A stretch of 64,000 nucleotides of DNA from Felis catus (Eukaryota). Below, piece by piece: positions 36,976-50,022 of this stretch (the first letter of the stretch is position 1; each line of letters begins with the position of its first letter). The stretch lies in contig NC_058373.1 in assembly GCF_018350175.1 (NCBI RefSeq), positions 115,322,001 to 115,386,000 on the forward strand, in the 5' to 3' direction. Both the position numbers and the translations under genes were made by a program. A model generated the notes under the pieces. The model was not told where the DNA came from, made no database searches, and saw nothing but the letters and a program-made list of their open reading frames with translations.

Positions 36976-39392
36976 TTTATTTATTTTTGAGAGACAGAGT
37001 GAGACAAAGTGAGAGCGGGGGAGGGGCAGAAAGAGAGGGAGACACAGGATCGGAAGCAGGCTCCAGGCTCTGCGCTGTCAGCACAGAGCCCGATGCAGGG
37101 CTCGAACCCACAGACCGTGAGATCATGACCTGAGCCGAAGTCGGATGCTCAACCGACTGAGCCACCCAGGCGCCCCTATCCAATCATCTATTGATGGACA
37201 CTTGGGTTGCTTCCATATGTTGGCTATTATAAATAATGCTGCAGTAAACACAGGGGTGCATAATTTTGAATTAGTGTTTTCATTTTCTTTGGGTAAATAA
37301 CCATTAGTGAAATTACTGGATCGTATGGTAATTCTATTTTTAATTGTTTTGAGGAAACTCCATACTGTTTTCACAGGGACTGCATCATCTTACATTCCCA
37401 CCAACAGTACGCAGGGTTTCTTTTTCTCCACATCCTCGCCAACACTTGTTATTTCTTGTCTTTTTGATTCTAGTCATTCTGACAGGTGTAAGGTGATATC
37501 TCATCGTGGTTTTGATTTGCATTTCCCTGTGATAAGTGATGTTGAGCATCTTTTCACGCTTTGGTTGGCCATTTGTATGTCTTCTTTGGCATAATGTCTA
37601 TTCAGGCCCTCTGCCCATTTTTAATCAGATTGTTTATTTTCTTGGTGTTCAGTTGTTTAAGTTCTTTACATATTTTGGATACTAACCCCTTATCGGATAT
37701 ATCATTTTCAGATATCTTCCATTTCGTAGGCTGCCTTTCCATTTTGTTGATGGTTTCCTTTGCTGTGAAAATCTTTTTATTTTGATGTAGTTCCAATAGT
37801 TTATTTTTATTTTTGTTTCCCTTGCCTGAGGAGACATCTTTAGAAAAATTTTTTCTAGCGCCAATGTCAAAGAAATTGCTGCCTACATTTTCTTCAAGGA
37901 GTTTTATGGTTTCAGGTCGTACATTTGGGTCTTTAATTCATTTTGAGTTTCTTTGTAGGTGTGCTGTAAAATAGTGGTCCAGTTTTATTCTTTTGCATGT
38001 ACCTGTCCCGTTTTCCCAATCCCAAAATCCACTTTTAAGTTTCATTCTACTGCTTCATGGGCAGGGTTAGTACCTTAAAATAACAAAATATCCCCAATTC
38101 TTCAATCCTGGCTTTTGTGTCATTGATGTAATTCATCTCACTTATACATAAGGTATAATCATCGAATACATTGTTGTTATTGTTTTGAACAAAGTTACAT
38201 GTTAGATCAATTAAGAGTAAGAAAAAAAAGTTTTCCTTTTTTAGTTTTTAATTAATTAATTAATTATTTTTTTTTTTTAGAGAGAGAGTGTGTGTGAGTG
38301 GGGTAGAGGGGCAGAAGCAGAAAGAGAGAGAATCTTAAGCAGACTCCACGCTCAGTGTGGAGCCCGATGTGGGGGCTCAATCTCACCAGCCTGGGATCAT
38401 GACGTGGGCTGAAATCAAGAGTCAGATGTTCAACTGACTGAGCCACCCAGGCACCCTGAAAAAAAATTTTTCCTTCTTTAATGCTCTTTCTTTCTTTATG
38501 TAGGTCTGAGTTTCTGACCTATATCCTCGTTCTTTTCCCTGGAGAACTTCTTTTAACATTTCTTTTAACATTATGAGGCTTGTCTGCTGGCAACAAATTC
38601 CCTTAGTTTTTTTTTTTGTCTGGGAGTCTTTACTTCTTTACTTTTTTTTTTTTTTTTTTTTTAATTTTTTTTTTTCAACGTTTATTTATTTTTGGGACAG
38701 AGAGAGACAGAGCATGAACGGGGGAGGGGCAGAGAGAGAGGGAGACACAGAATCGGAAACAGGCTCCAGGCTCTGAGCTATCAGCCCAGAGCCCGACGCG
38801 GGGCTCGAACTCACGGACCGTGAGATCGTGACCTGGCTGAAGTCGGACACCTAACCAACTGCGCCACCCAGGCGCCCTTTACTTCTTTACTTTTGAAGGA
38901 TAATTTTTCAGGATACAGAATTCTAGGCTGATGGATTTTTCCCTCTTAACAACACTTTAAATATTTCACTATGCTATCTTCTTGCTTGTGTGGTTTCCAA
39001 GGAGAACCCCGATGCAATTCTTATTTTTGCCATTTTATAGTTAAGGGTCCCCCCCCCCCGGCTTCTTTTGAGAATTTTTCTTTATTTTTGATTTTCTGCA
39101 GTTTGAATATGACATGCCACAGTGTAGTTTTTTTTTGCATTTATCCTGTTTGCTATTCTCTGAACTTTCTGTGGTTTGATATCTGACATTAATTTGGGGA
39201 AAATTCTCAGTTATTATTGCTTCAAATATTTCTTCTGATCCTTTCTGTCTTTTCTCTCCTTCCTGTAATCCTGCTACATGTATGTTACACCTTTTGTACT
39301 TGTCCTATAGTCATTGGATATTCTGTTTCTTTTTCCCCTGTCCTTTTTCTCTTTGCTTTTCTGTTCTGGAGGTTTCTCTCTCTCTCTCTTTT

Positions 39393-39448
<56 letters not shown>

Positions 39449-39465
39449 AAAGTTTATTTTCTGAC

Positions 39466-39528
<63 letters not shown>

Positions 39529-40750
39529 CGGGGGAGGGGCAGATAGAGTGGGAGACACAGAATCTGAAGCAGGCTCCAGTCTCTGAGCTGTCAGCACGGA
39601 GCGCGATGCAGGGCTTTGAACTCATTACCGCAAGATCATGACCTATGCTGAAGTCAGACGCTCAACTGAGCCAACCAGGCTCCCTCGCAGTTTTGGAAGT
39701 TTCTATTGATACATCCTCACGTTTAGAGATTGTTTCCTCACCTGTGTCTTGTCTACTAATGAGCCCACCAAAGGCATGTTTTGATGTATGTCTAAACCAA
39801 TATCACATTGTATGTCAATTATACTTCAATAATAACTAAAAACGGCATTCTTCATTTCTGTTACCGTGTTTTTGACCTCTAGTATTTCTTTTTTTTTTTA
39901 ATTTTTTTTCAACGTTTATTTATTTTTGGGACAGAGAGAGACAGAGCATGAACAGGGGAGGGGCAGAGAGAGGGAGACACAGAATCGGAAACAGGCTCCA
40001 GGCTCTGAGCCATCAGCCCAGAGCCTGACGCGGGGCTCGAACTCACGGACCGCGAGATCGTGACCTGGCTGAAGTCGCATGCTTAACCGACTGCGCCACC
40101 CAGGCGCCCCTGACCTCTAGTATTTCTTGTAGATTCTTCTTTAGAGTTTCCACCTCTCTGCTCACATTACCCGTCTGTTCTTGCGTGTTGTCTACTTTTT
40201 CCCTTAGAGCCCTTAGAATATTAATCATAGTGCTTTACAATTACTGATATCCTAATTCAGACATCTCTTTCATTATCTGAATTTGGTTCTGATGGTAGCT
40301 CTCTCTACAAATTATGTTTTTTGCTTTTTAGCAAGCCTTGTAATTTTTTTTATTGAAACCAGACATGATGTATTGCATAAAAAGAACTGTGATAAACAAA
40401 CCTTCAGTGATGTTGTGGTCAGGTGTAGGGAGTTGGGAAACATTGTGTTGTCCTATGATTAGATCTTTTAGTGAGCCTGGACTTCTGGACTGTGAACTTC
40501 ATATGTGTGTCTCAGTGTTTTCCTCCCATTAGATGGGGTAGGATGGCTAGGGGTAGGATGTGCTGGAGTTGGGTATTTATTTTCCCAACTCAGGTTGATT
40601 AGGCTCTGATAAAACCCCAATAAGTTAGGCTCTGATTAAATGGTTTCTTTTGATGGTAGGCCTTGTCAAAAAGAACTGAACGCTCTAGCTATTTCATAAT
40701 GGCTGTGCTCCCTGCTGGAAGCATGGGAGATTTTTCTTTAATAATCATTG
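35370..40750 (-). mobile_element. Antisense L1 complex: old L1M backbone, younger carnivore L1 (~36130-38020) and eight minus-strand CAN-SINEs (~35400, 35702, 36362, 36925, 38260, 38640, 39440, 39888)
   Basis: L1 ORF2 C-terminal remnants on the minus strand (e.g. KKIFTAKETINKMERQPTKW, CTPVFTAALFIIANIWKQPKCPSID). SINE TSDs include TTTGGTTCCTATTTTT, CTGGAAGTT(T/C)GTACCTCTT, TATCCAATCATCTA and TGACCTCTAGTATTTCT. Confidence 0.85.
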
Positions 40751-42179
40751 AGACCCTGGTACATTGTTCTTGCCTCTCCCCAACACCCAAAGGCTCTTTC
40801 TTCATGTTAATTGTGAAAAACCAATAACCGGGTGCTCCCCAGTGCTAACATGAGTTACACATCCCAGTGAAGAGTGCTTGTCTGTCCCTGTGTTCACCAT
40901 GCTTCCTGGTCTAATGACCACATACCACAATGGCCTGGTCCAGTTCATGGAACCTTCAGCCACGTCAGCCTGTAACTGGGTGTCAGCAACAAAATGTTGG
41001 CCTCTTCTCTGAGGAGCCGAGACCCAGCGGTTAAGAATCTTGTTACATCCTCAAAGAGAATATTTCTCAAAGAGTCTATTTCCTAAAGAATAGTCCGTAG
41101 CTCACCTGAGATGTTGCGGGGTCCAGGAATGTGCATTTCTAAAAAGCACTGCAGGTGATTCTCATGCATACTCTAGTTTGGGACTTTTTTAGGCTAAAAT
41201 TATAGAAGGGAATAAAATCTCTCAGGCAAGGCCCGGACCCAGGGCCTATGCGAACTGTGACTTTAAAGAACGTAAGTGGATTCGAATTCCACTTGCTTTC
41301 ACTAATGGCTACTTACATATATCAAGACAAGCTCCCTTGGAAGGAAGGGAGCCTCTTGTAGCCTCTGGCCTTTTCTTTCCCAGATGTTTTGCTCATATTT
41401 GAGGGTAGAAAAGCATCTCGTTTTGGGGTTAGAGCCATCTGTGTACTGACAAGAAGTTGAGCATTGTAACTGGGTAGCTGCAGTTCTAAAAGGGGGCCGT
41501 CCAATTCCATGGAAGACCAAGTCTTTAGGGCCATGTGAACCTGCTATAGCATGAGATGAAATTTAAAATGAAATTTCTTTCCCCGGCCCCTTGTCCCACA
41601 CTCAGGAGACGTCCGGTGAGAGGAAAATGAGCGCTACAATGCAAATTAGTACGTTGGAGTCCAAGAGCTCCCAAAGAGTTGGATTGCTAGTTGGACTGCT
41701 CCATTAACCATCTTTGCCTCTCCTGTAGCTGGGGGCTTTGGATGTGAGCACAGCTCTAGGCAGGGACGTTGTGATTCATTCTCTCAGCCATTTATTCATT
41801 GATGAGTTGGCCTTTGATAGGGCTGTAGGAGGCAGGAAGGAAATTGTTTGCATCTGATCTAGAAAAACCACTAAGTTAGAAGCCAAAGCATTGTGATTCC
41901 TATCAGGGAGGGGTGTCTTCAGGACCAACGTGACAAATGTCAGAGAAAGGATAGCTGTGGCCAGACGGAAGAATTGTGCAAGTGCTCATTGCAAAAGGCT
42001 TTGTCCTAATTCTTTGTTTTTCAAATGCACAACAAACTGTTCAGTGGTCATGTACCACCCCGTCGGGAAGCTGGAGCTTGTCAGCTGGCAAAGTTGTGTG
42101 ATGCGTTGGGAGTGAGAAATTCAATGCATTCTGTAGTGGTTCTTTGCCCCGTCACCATCCTGAGAAGCCTATTATAGTA

Positions 42180-43160
42180 AACATCTGTTGTTTTGGTCTG
42201 CCTCATATCTATTCTCTCTTTTCCGGTAATAAAACCTCTACTTTCCTTTGGGGAAAAGCCCCTCCCTCACTCTCAGTCCCCATAACTTAGGTGGACTGAT
42301 CCCACTTCCTAGTCGCAGGGTGGGTGTGTGACCTGGGCTTAGTCAATCAGTGTGTGCTTTCTCTCAGGTCAGGGATGCTCCGGTGACCCAAGCTGGGCCA
42401 ATGAATTCAGGTTTGGGACTCTGAAGTGCAACTCCTAGGGAGGAGAATGTCTGGGGTTGGGACACTGTGAGGAGGTAGGGCTGTGGTGGTTGGCGGTCCC
42501 TTGGTCACTAGGAATGAAAAGCTCACAAAGGTGAGCGAGGAAACAGACTGGTTTCTGATAATATATTGTGAGCATCTGACTGTAGCTATACTGACGCTCC
42601 TTCGTATCTGCCATTACATGTGCCAGTAACTTCCTGTGATAGATTCAATATGGCCACAGTTTCTTTGTGACTCCTTTCATCAAGGGGTGGAGTCTGTTTC
42701 CCCATCTCTTGAACTTGGGCTGGCCTGTGACTTGCTTTGCCTCATGGAAATTGGTGGGAGCAACACTGATTTCTGGACACTGGGCCCCAAGGAGACTTGA
42801 AGCTTATGCCTTCACCCCTTTGGACCTCTGTCCCAAGGCCACCATGTAAGAAAGTCAGTCTACTAGAGGACAAGGGGCCATGGATAGGAGAGCTGAAGCA
42901 CCCATCATGAGTGCCAATTGCCTAACATGACCTTGAGACCATTTTGGACCTTCCAGCCTAATTGACCTTCCTGCTGAATGTAGCTGCACGAATGAGCCCG
43001 GGAGAAGCCAGCAGAGGAAACTCTCAGTCTGTCCACAGCATCACAAGTTGGTATTTTAAGCCACTAAAGTTTGGAGCGGCTTGTTATGCACTGACGCGTA
43101 GCTGATACACTCCTCTTTTGGCTTAAGTCAGTTTGATTTGATTTTCTGTCATTTGCAACA
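42180..43160 (+). mobile_element. Nested MLT1-family LTRs (younger copy ~42636-43110 inside an older one)
   Basis: tgtgatagattc...tggagtctgtttccccatctcttgaac...taagccactaaagtttggagcggcttgttatgca. Confidence 0.65.
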
Positions 43161-44092
43161 GAGACCGCTTTGCAACAGTTCTGACCGATACACTTATGTA
43201 ATATACCGAGCCTTAGCGGAAGTATACCTTTGCAGAACTTCTTCCTACCTGTGCCACGGGGGCAGTGAGAACAGCAGCCTCCACCTGTGTCTTCACTTGT
43301 TGGATGTGCACATGTGAGCTCACTCGGTGGAAGCCATTTCTTGCTCATGGTTGTATAACTTATCTGAATGATAGTACCACTGTGCCCAAAGAGGTGGCTT
43401 TCTCCAGCACATGCAAGGGCGGGGAGACTGTTCGACAACTTGTCTTTACTGGTCACTTATGTGACTTGACACTTGACATTCCTCCACCTCATTGGGGAAG
43501 TTGTCTCCAAGATGACTTCTTGAAGTTGTAGTTCCTTTTTATAGACTCTCACACATGACTTCTGGGGTTCTGGTCTGTCCTTAAAATGCTTAGGCGATAT
43601 GAAGTATCAGTGATTTGAGACTAAGGAACAACCTAGAGGCAGTGAAATAGTATAGTCCCTAGAGTTGGACATATGTAGGTTCAAAGGCTGGGTCTTATAC
43701 CTGCTGGCCGAGGGCCCTGTGCAATCACTTCATCATCTGAGTTTGGCTTCCTTACAGGTACAGTGGTAGGTAATAATCCTACTTCATGGGCTTGTGGTGC
43801 CCATTCTGGGAGGGAAGGCATGGGGAGTGCCTAGCAGGCAGTGTGGACAGCCCACATTTAGCAGTGGCCTTCAACACTGTCTCTCTTGTTGAAGGCAGAG
43901 TGTCACAGAACATATTTTTTTCCTTCTCCCTTTAGTTCATAGTTAACACTGGAAGGAATCATGCATTGTCTGGTTTGGAATCAAGGTTGTAATGGGTTGT
44001 CTCTAATAAAGAGAATTTTTCTGATAGTGTATCTGTTTGTTGCCTTTCAAATATGATGCATATAATCTCGATGATCAGAATGGTGATGATAT

Positions 44093-44283
44093 AGGGGTGC
44101 CTGGGTGGCTCAGTCAGTTGAGCGTCCGACTCATGAGTCATGATCTCATGGTTCAGGAGTTCAAACCCCACATTGGCTCACTGCTGTCAGCACAGAGCCT
44201 GCTTCAGATCCTCTGTCCGCCTCTCTCTCTGCACCTCCACTGCTCGTGCTCTCTCTCTCAAAAAATAAATAAACATTAAAAAA
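44093..44283 (+). mobile_element. CAN-SINE
   Basis: TSD ATGGTGATGATATA. Confidence 0.9.
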
Positions 44284-44289
44284 GGATGG

Positions 44290-46600
44290 TGATGATATAA
44301 ACAAACTATAGCATCATGTGATAAGCTATGTAATAAAAATATGATAATGGTGAGAAGGGGTGCTATGGCAACATGTAGGAAAGAACAGCTAAAATTCTTC
44401 TGGGAGCAGCATCAAAGAAGTCCCACTTGATCTGGGTATTTAACACTGAGTGGGAGTTTCCAAGGCAGGGACTGGAGAGGAATTTCCAGGCAAGGGTATG
44501 GAGGTATGAGAGAGTGGTATGTTCTAGAGATTGCAGGTAGTTCAGTATGCTGTGAGGTGGGGCTATTGGGAAGGAGGGAGGCTGGACAGAGAGGTGGCAG
44601 CCAATCTTGAGGGACGATGCCTCTATCTGCTAAGGAGTTGGACTTTGTACTGTGGATCGTAGGGCATCGTTGGGGGATCCTAAGCAGGGGAGTGACATAA
44701 AAGTCCAGGCAGTGAAGAGTTGTAGGGGTGCAAGGCTAGAGGTGCGGGACCAGTTATGAACTAATTACAAAAGTCCATCTAGGGATAATGAGGATCCGAG
44801 TTAAGGTTGTTCTCATGACTGTGGGAGAGATGAAGGACTAAAGAGGCAGCGGTGCTAGGAATTGGTGGCCAGTTGGATGTGGGTGAAAGACAGGGAGAAA
44901 TCGAGGGTGCCCATTTGTTTTCTTACTTAGATTCCAGAAATTAGGTGGTGCCACAAACCACGTGGGGCATACAGGAAAAGAAGCAGACCTGGGGCAGGAC
45001 AAGGAAGGAGTGTTTCTGACTTGTTGAATTTGAGGCATCTTGAGAAAGATGAAGCTATCGGGTGAAGCTATCGGGACAGCTTCTAGATCAGCTGTAGACT
45101 GAGCAGCTACCAATGTGTAGAGGAGTGTTAAAGCCATGGGTGTGAATAACGTGGTCCAGGGAAAATGTGTGATCAATTTCTGGATGGTGTTTCCATTAAG
45201 TTGGGCATAGAAGAAAAGCCATGGAAGAGAACGGTGGCAGTCTGCATTTTCCAAAGATGACTGTAACAATACCCTCTATCCTATAGCACCAGTGCCGTGC
45301 CTCTTAGAGAAGGGAGGGTCTACGTCCCTTTCCCATGAGCTGGGCACACTTGTGACTCCAGTAGAGGTGATGTTGGGTGACTTTCAAGGTTAGGTAATTA
45401 AAAAAAAAATGCAGCTTCCACTGGTTCCCTTAGGGCATTCCCCTTTGGAGCCCAGAAAACCTGAGGTTGCCATGTTTTGAAGAACTCAGGCCACGGGGAG
45501 AAGCTATGTATAGTTGTTTCGGCTAGCTGAAGTCCCCAATGGCCACCAGCGTCAACTGCCAGATGGGTGAATGAGGACGCTTCCAGGTTTTCCCTGGCCC
45601 CAGCTGTCAATTCACCCATAGCCTTTGAGTTCTTCATGAAGCACAGAAAGGCCATCCCCACTGTACCCTTTCTGAAATCCTGACCCACAGAATCTGTGAG
45701 CATGACAAAGAGTTACCAACTTTTAGGATGTTATGGCCTGAGTTTGTGTCTCCCGCTAAATTCATATGTTGACATCCTAATCTCTACTGTGATGGTATTA
45801 GGAGCGGGGGCCTTTGGGAAGTGATTAGGTGATGAAGGCGGGGCCCACATGAATGGGATCAGTGCCTTATAACAGAGACCCTGGTGAACTCTCTCTCCCC
45901 TTCTGCCATGTGAGGACACAGTGAGAAGATGGTTGTCTGTGAGCCAGGAAGCAGGTTCTCACCGGACACCGAATCTGTTAGCACCTTCATCTTGGACTTG
46001 CCAGCCTCCAGAACTGTGAGAAATAGATGTGTGCTTAACAGACAGCAGTCTGGTATTTTTGTGGTAGTAACCCAAACTGACAATGGCGTGGCACAGTATG
46101 CTGCACAGTAATAGGTGTGGGACAGGGACAACAAGGAAGAGTCAGAGAAGTTGGAAGCTACGGGAGAGAGAAAGAGAAACCTGGAAGAGGTCCAGATGGC
46201 TAACACGTAGGAGGTGTCCAGCGGGTTTGGCCACCAGGAGACCACTGGCCACTTCAGCAGGAGCACTTTCAGTGCATCGTGAAGGCCCAAGTCAGATGGC
46301 CATGGAGGAGAAAAGTGAAAAGGGAGCGCACGCCACCTTTTCAACAAGCTTGCCCATGAAGCATGGGACAGGAAGGGTAAGAATTAGATGGAGATGCAGG
46401 GTCAAAGAATTTTCTTTGGAAGATGGTAGGATAACTCCTTACTGAGAGGAGCAAGAGGTTAGAGATGCAGAATTGGAGGAAGGTCTTAAAAGAGACAGGA
46501 GGGGTTGGATGAGAACAACGGCCCTTGTGAAGAAATGGTCTTGAACAACCTTTGGTGAAGAGGGAAGGAGGTTGAATGGGTGGTGGAGGAGATAGTTTCT
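44290..46600 (-). mobile_element. Long antisense L2 interrupted by MLT1-family LTRs (~45230-45720 and MLT1A-like ~45730-46082, + strand)
   Basis: Purine-rich L2-antisense motifs (taagcaggggagtgacat, gaccactggccacttcagcaggagcactttcagt); MLT1A motifs ggggcctttgggaagtgattagg...ccagcctccagaactgtgagaaata. Confidence 0.7.
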
Positions 46601-46879
46601 GAGGCTGGGAATCATAATTGCTTCTACTTTGGTGGCTGTCGTGAGGTACTTGGTGGAATAGACATTGGCTTAGAATTCAGGGATTGACTGCCACAGGAAG
46701 CAGTACTATTCCATTTAATATCTTACTTTTAAGGAATTGTGTTATTGTTTTGATAGCAAAACTTAGGTAACTTCACTGTCTATAAAAGGTGAAATCTATC
46801 AGAAGAAATCTTGCATATCTTTTTTGCTTCTACCATGATTAAGAAATTATTTCTATAACATCCTTAACTGAAGGCCTAT

Positions 46880-47113
46880 TTTCTTTTTTTTTTTTTTAAT
46901 TTTTTTTTTTCAACGTTTATTTATTTTTGGGACAGAGAGAGACAGAGCATGAACGGGGGAGGGGCAGAGAGAGAGGGAGACACAGAATCGGAAACAGGCT
47001 CCAGGCTCTGAGCCATCAGCCCAGAGCCCGACGCGGGGCTCGAACTCATGGACTGCGAGATCGTGACCTGGCTGAAGTCAGACGCTTAACCGACTGCACC
47101 ACCCAGGCGCCCC
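46880..47113 (-). mobile_element. Young felid CAN-SINE
   Basis: Near-consensus and CpG-rich; TSD TGAAGGCCTATTTTCTT. Confidence 0.93.
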
Positions 47114-47234
47114 TGAAGGCCTATTTTCTTAAGTGCATAAGTGATTGATTATTAAATGTAATTCTACCTTTCTATGACTTCTACCCATTGGTCCTAGGTC
47201 TCCCTTTGGAGCTACACAAAACAGTTGGCATTCA

Positions 47235-47445
47235 GGGTTACCTGGGTGGCTCAGTCGGTTAAGCGTCCGACTTAGGCTTGGGTCATGATCTCACGACTCG
47301 TGAGGCTGAGCCCTGTGTCAGGCTCCGTGTTGACAGCTCAGAGCCTGGAGTCTGCTTTGGATTCTGTCTCCTTCTCTCTGCCCCCCCTTGCTTGCGCTCT
47401 CTCTCTCTCTCTCTCTCTCAAAAATAAACATTAAAACATTTTTTT
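47235..47445 (+). mobile_element. CAN-SINE
   Basis: cctgggtggctcagtcggttaagcgtccg head, (CT)n tract, AATAAA tail. Confidence 0.88.
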
Positions 47446-47739
47446 TCCAAAGAAAGTAAGTGAGTAAGTTATGGCACAGATCTATGCCACAATCTATAAA
47501 AATGGTCTTGTGTTTGTGACATAGATAATTCCCAATGGATTTAGTATGGGGAAAAAAAGGAGTTTAAAACACTATTTGTTGTATTATAGAGTCCTTTTTG
47601 TAAATGATAAATATGGAAAAAGTACACATTAAAAAGTTAATTGTTTCTTTTTCTCTGGGTGGGGGATTATGGAGACTTTTTTTTTTTTTGTCAGTGTTTG
47701 CCAGTTCCCGTGGTATAAATATTCCCATGGTGGCTGATT

Positions 47740-48176
47740 TCTTTCTTTCTTTTTTTTAAATTTGTTTATTTGAATTCAAATTAGTTAAAATAGAGCGTAG
47801 TATTGGTTTCAGGAGTAGAACCCAGTGATTCATCACTTTCATATAACACCCAGTGCTCATCCCAACAAGTGCCCTCCTAGATGCCCATCACCCACTTAGG
47901 CCATCCTGCCACCCACCTCCCCTCCAGCAACCCTCAGTTTGTTCTCTGTATTTAAGAGTCTCTTATGGTTTGCCTCCCTCTGCGTTTTTACCTTATTTTT
48001 ACTTCCCCTCTCCTATGTTCATGTGTTGTGTTTCTTAAATTCCACCCGTGAGTGAAATCATTTGATACTTGGTCTTTCTCTGACTGACTTATTTCTGTGG
48101 CATAATATGCTCTAGTTCCACACACATTGTTGCAAATGGCAAGATTTCATTCTTTTTGATTGCCGAATGATACTCC

Positions 48177-48222
<46 letters not shown>

Positions 48223-49285
48223 TGTGTATGCGTGTGTATACCACATCTTCTTTATCCATTCATCAATCGATGGACACTTGGGCTCTTTCCATAATTTGGC
48301 TATTGTCGATAGCGCTGCTATAAACCTTGGGGTGGGGGCGCCTGGGTGGTGCAGTCGGTTAAGCGTCTGACTTCAGCCAGGTCACGATCTCGCGGTCCGT
48401 GAGTTCGAGCCCCGCGTCGGGCTCTGGGCTGATGGCTCAGAGCCTGGAGCCTGTTTCCGATTCTGTGTCTCCCTCTCTCTCTGCCCCTCACCCATTCATG
48501 GTCTGTCTCTCTCTGTCCCAAAAATAAATAAACGTTGGAAAAAAAAAATTTAAACCCTGGGGTGCATGTGCCCCTTTGAATCAGCATTTTTGGATCCTTT
48601 GGATAAATACCTAGTAGTGCAATTGCTGGTCGTAGGGTAGTTCTCTTTTTAATTATTTTTGGAATCTCCACACTGTTTTCCGGAGTGGCTGCACCAATTT
48701 GCATTCCCACCAACAGTGCAAAAGGGTTCCCCTTTCTCCACATCTCTGCCAACATCTGTTGTTTCCAGAGTTGTTAATTTTAGCCATTCTGACAGGTGGG
48801 AGGTGGTATCTCATTGTGGTTTTGATTTGTGTTTCCCTGATGATGAGTGATGTTGAGCATCTTTTCTGTGTCTGTTGGCCATTTGGATGTCTTCTTTGGA
48901 AAGTGTCTATTCATGTCTTTTGCGCATTTCTTCAGTGGATTATTTGTTTTTTGGGTGTTGAGTTTGGTAAGTTCTCTATGGATTTTGGATACTAACCCTT
49001 TATCTGCTGTCTTTTGGAAATATCTTCACCCATTCCATTGGTTGCCTTTTAGTTTTGTTGACTGTTTCCTTTGCTATGCAGAAGCTTTTTATCTTGATGA
49101 GGTCCCAATAGATCATTTTGCTTTTATTTCCCGTGCCTCTGGAGACATGTCTAGTAAGAGGTTGCTGCGGCCAAGGTCAAAGAGGTTGCTGCCTGTTTTC
49201 TTCTCTAGGATTTTGATGGTTTCCTGTCTCACATTTAGGCCTTTCATCCATTTTGAATTTATTTTTGTGTGTGGTGTAAGGAAGT
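47740..49285 (-). mobile_element. 5'-truncated carnivore L1 with an internal (TG)n and a young + strand SINE (~48334-48550)
   Basis: ORF2 C-terminal remnant ...PAIALLGIYPKD...RGTCTP on the minus strand; SINE TSD TAAACC(T/C)TGGGGTG. Confidence 0.88.
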
Positions 49286-49958
49286 AGTGGGATTAATGAG
49301 GAGACTTTCCACTTTCCTTGTTTAAAAGGAGCATGCATTTCTTGTGTGTGTAAATACAATTAGTAAAAATGAAGCAACCACTGAATCTGTCTGTTCATTT
49401 CAAATGTGAAAGCTGGCCAATAGTGTTGCTCAGTTATCTGTAGCAAGAAGGTAAGGCCTAGCTGTCAGCTTAACTTTCCTGATGTTTCACCCCCTTGAAT
49501 GCAGCCACGCCGTCCCTTCCTGATGGCTGCTGGTCAGAGGGTGGCGGGAACAAGACAGACTCTGACTGCAGGACCGTCTGCATTTCAACACAGGAAAGGA
49601 AAGAACACAGCTACAGCCCTGAGAATCTGCTAGCCAGGACGGTGAGGGCCTGAGCCTCAGCATCCATTCTGTCCTCTTTTTCGTCTGGCCTCTGTCCCCT
49701 TTCTTTGAAAAATACGCGTATGTTGGATGCTTCTCTAATTCCAACAGTGCCTTGGGTTCTTTGGGTGCCCTGCTACCTTTGCAGGGCCCTGAGATGGTCT
49801 TCTGTTAGTGTTGGAGGTGAAGTAGGAGACCATTCTGGTGTATTGTGGTAACCTGCTCAGATACAGTTAGGAGTTGGGGCAGCTGGGCTGAAACAGCACA
49901 GGGAAGTTGTTTTTCTATGTTCCTCCTCTTTCCTTATCCTGTGACTGTCAATCCTATT

Positions 49959-49959
<1 letters not shown>

Positions 49960-50005
<46 letters not shown>

Positions 50006-50022
50006 TTATTTATTTATTTATT
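49960..50022. repeat. (TG)n followed by (TATT)n
   Basis: Directly visible. Confidence 0.95.

Noticed and set aside
37123..49287. ORFs resembling protein fragments (e.g. 37602-37796, 48318-48755, 48847-49287)
   Set aside because: Decayed L1 ORF2 C-terminus or its antisense frames; 5'-truncated and frameshifted, so not functional.
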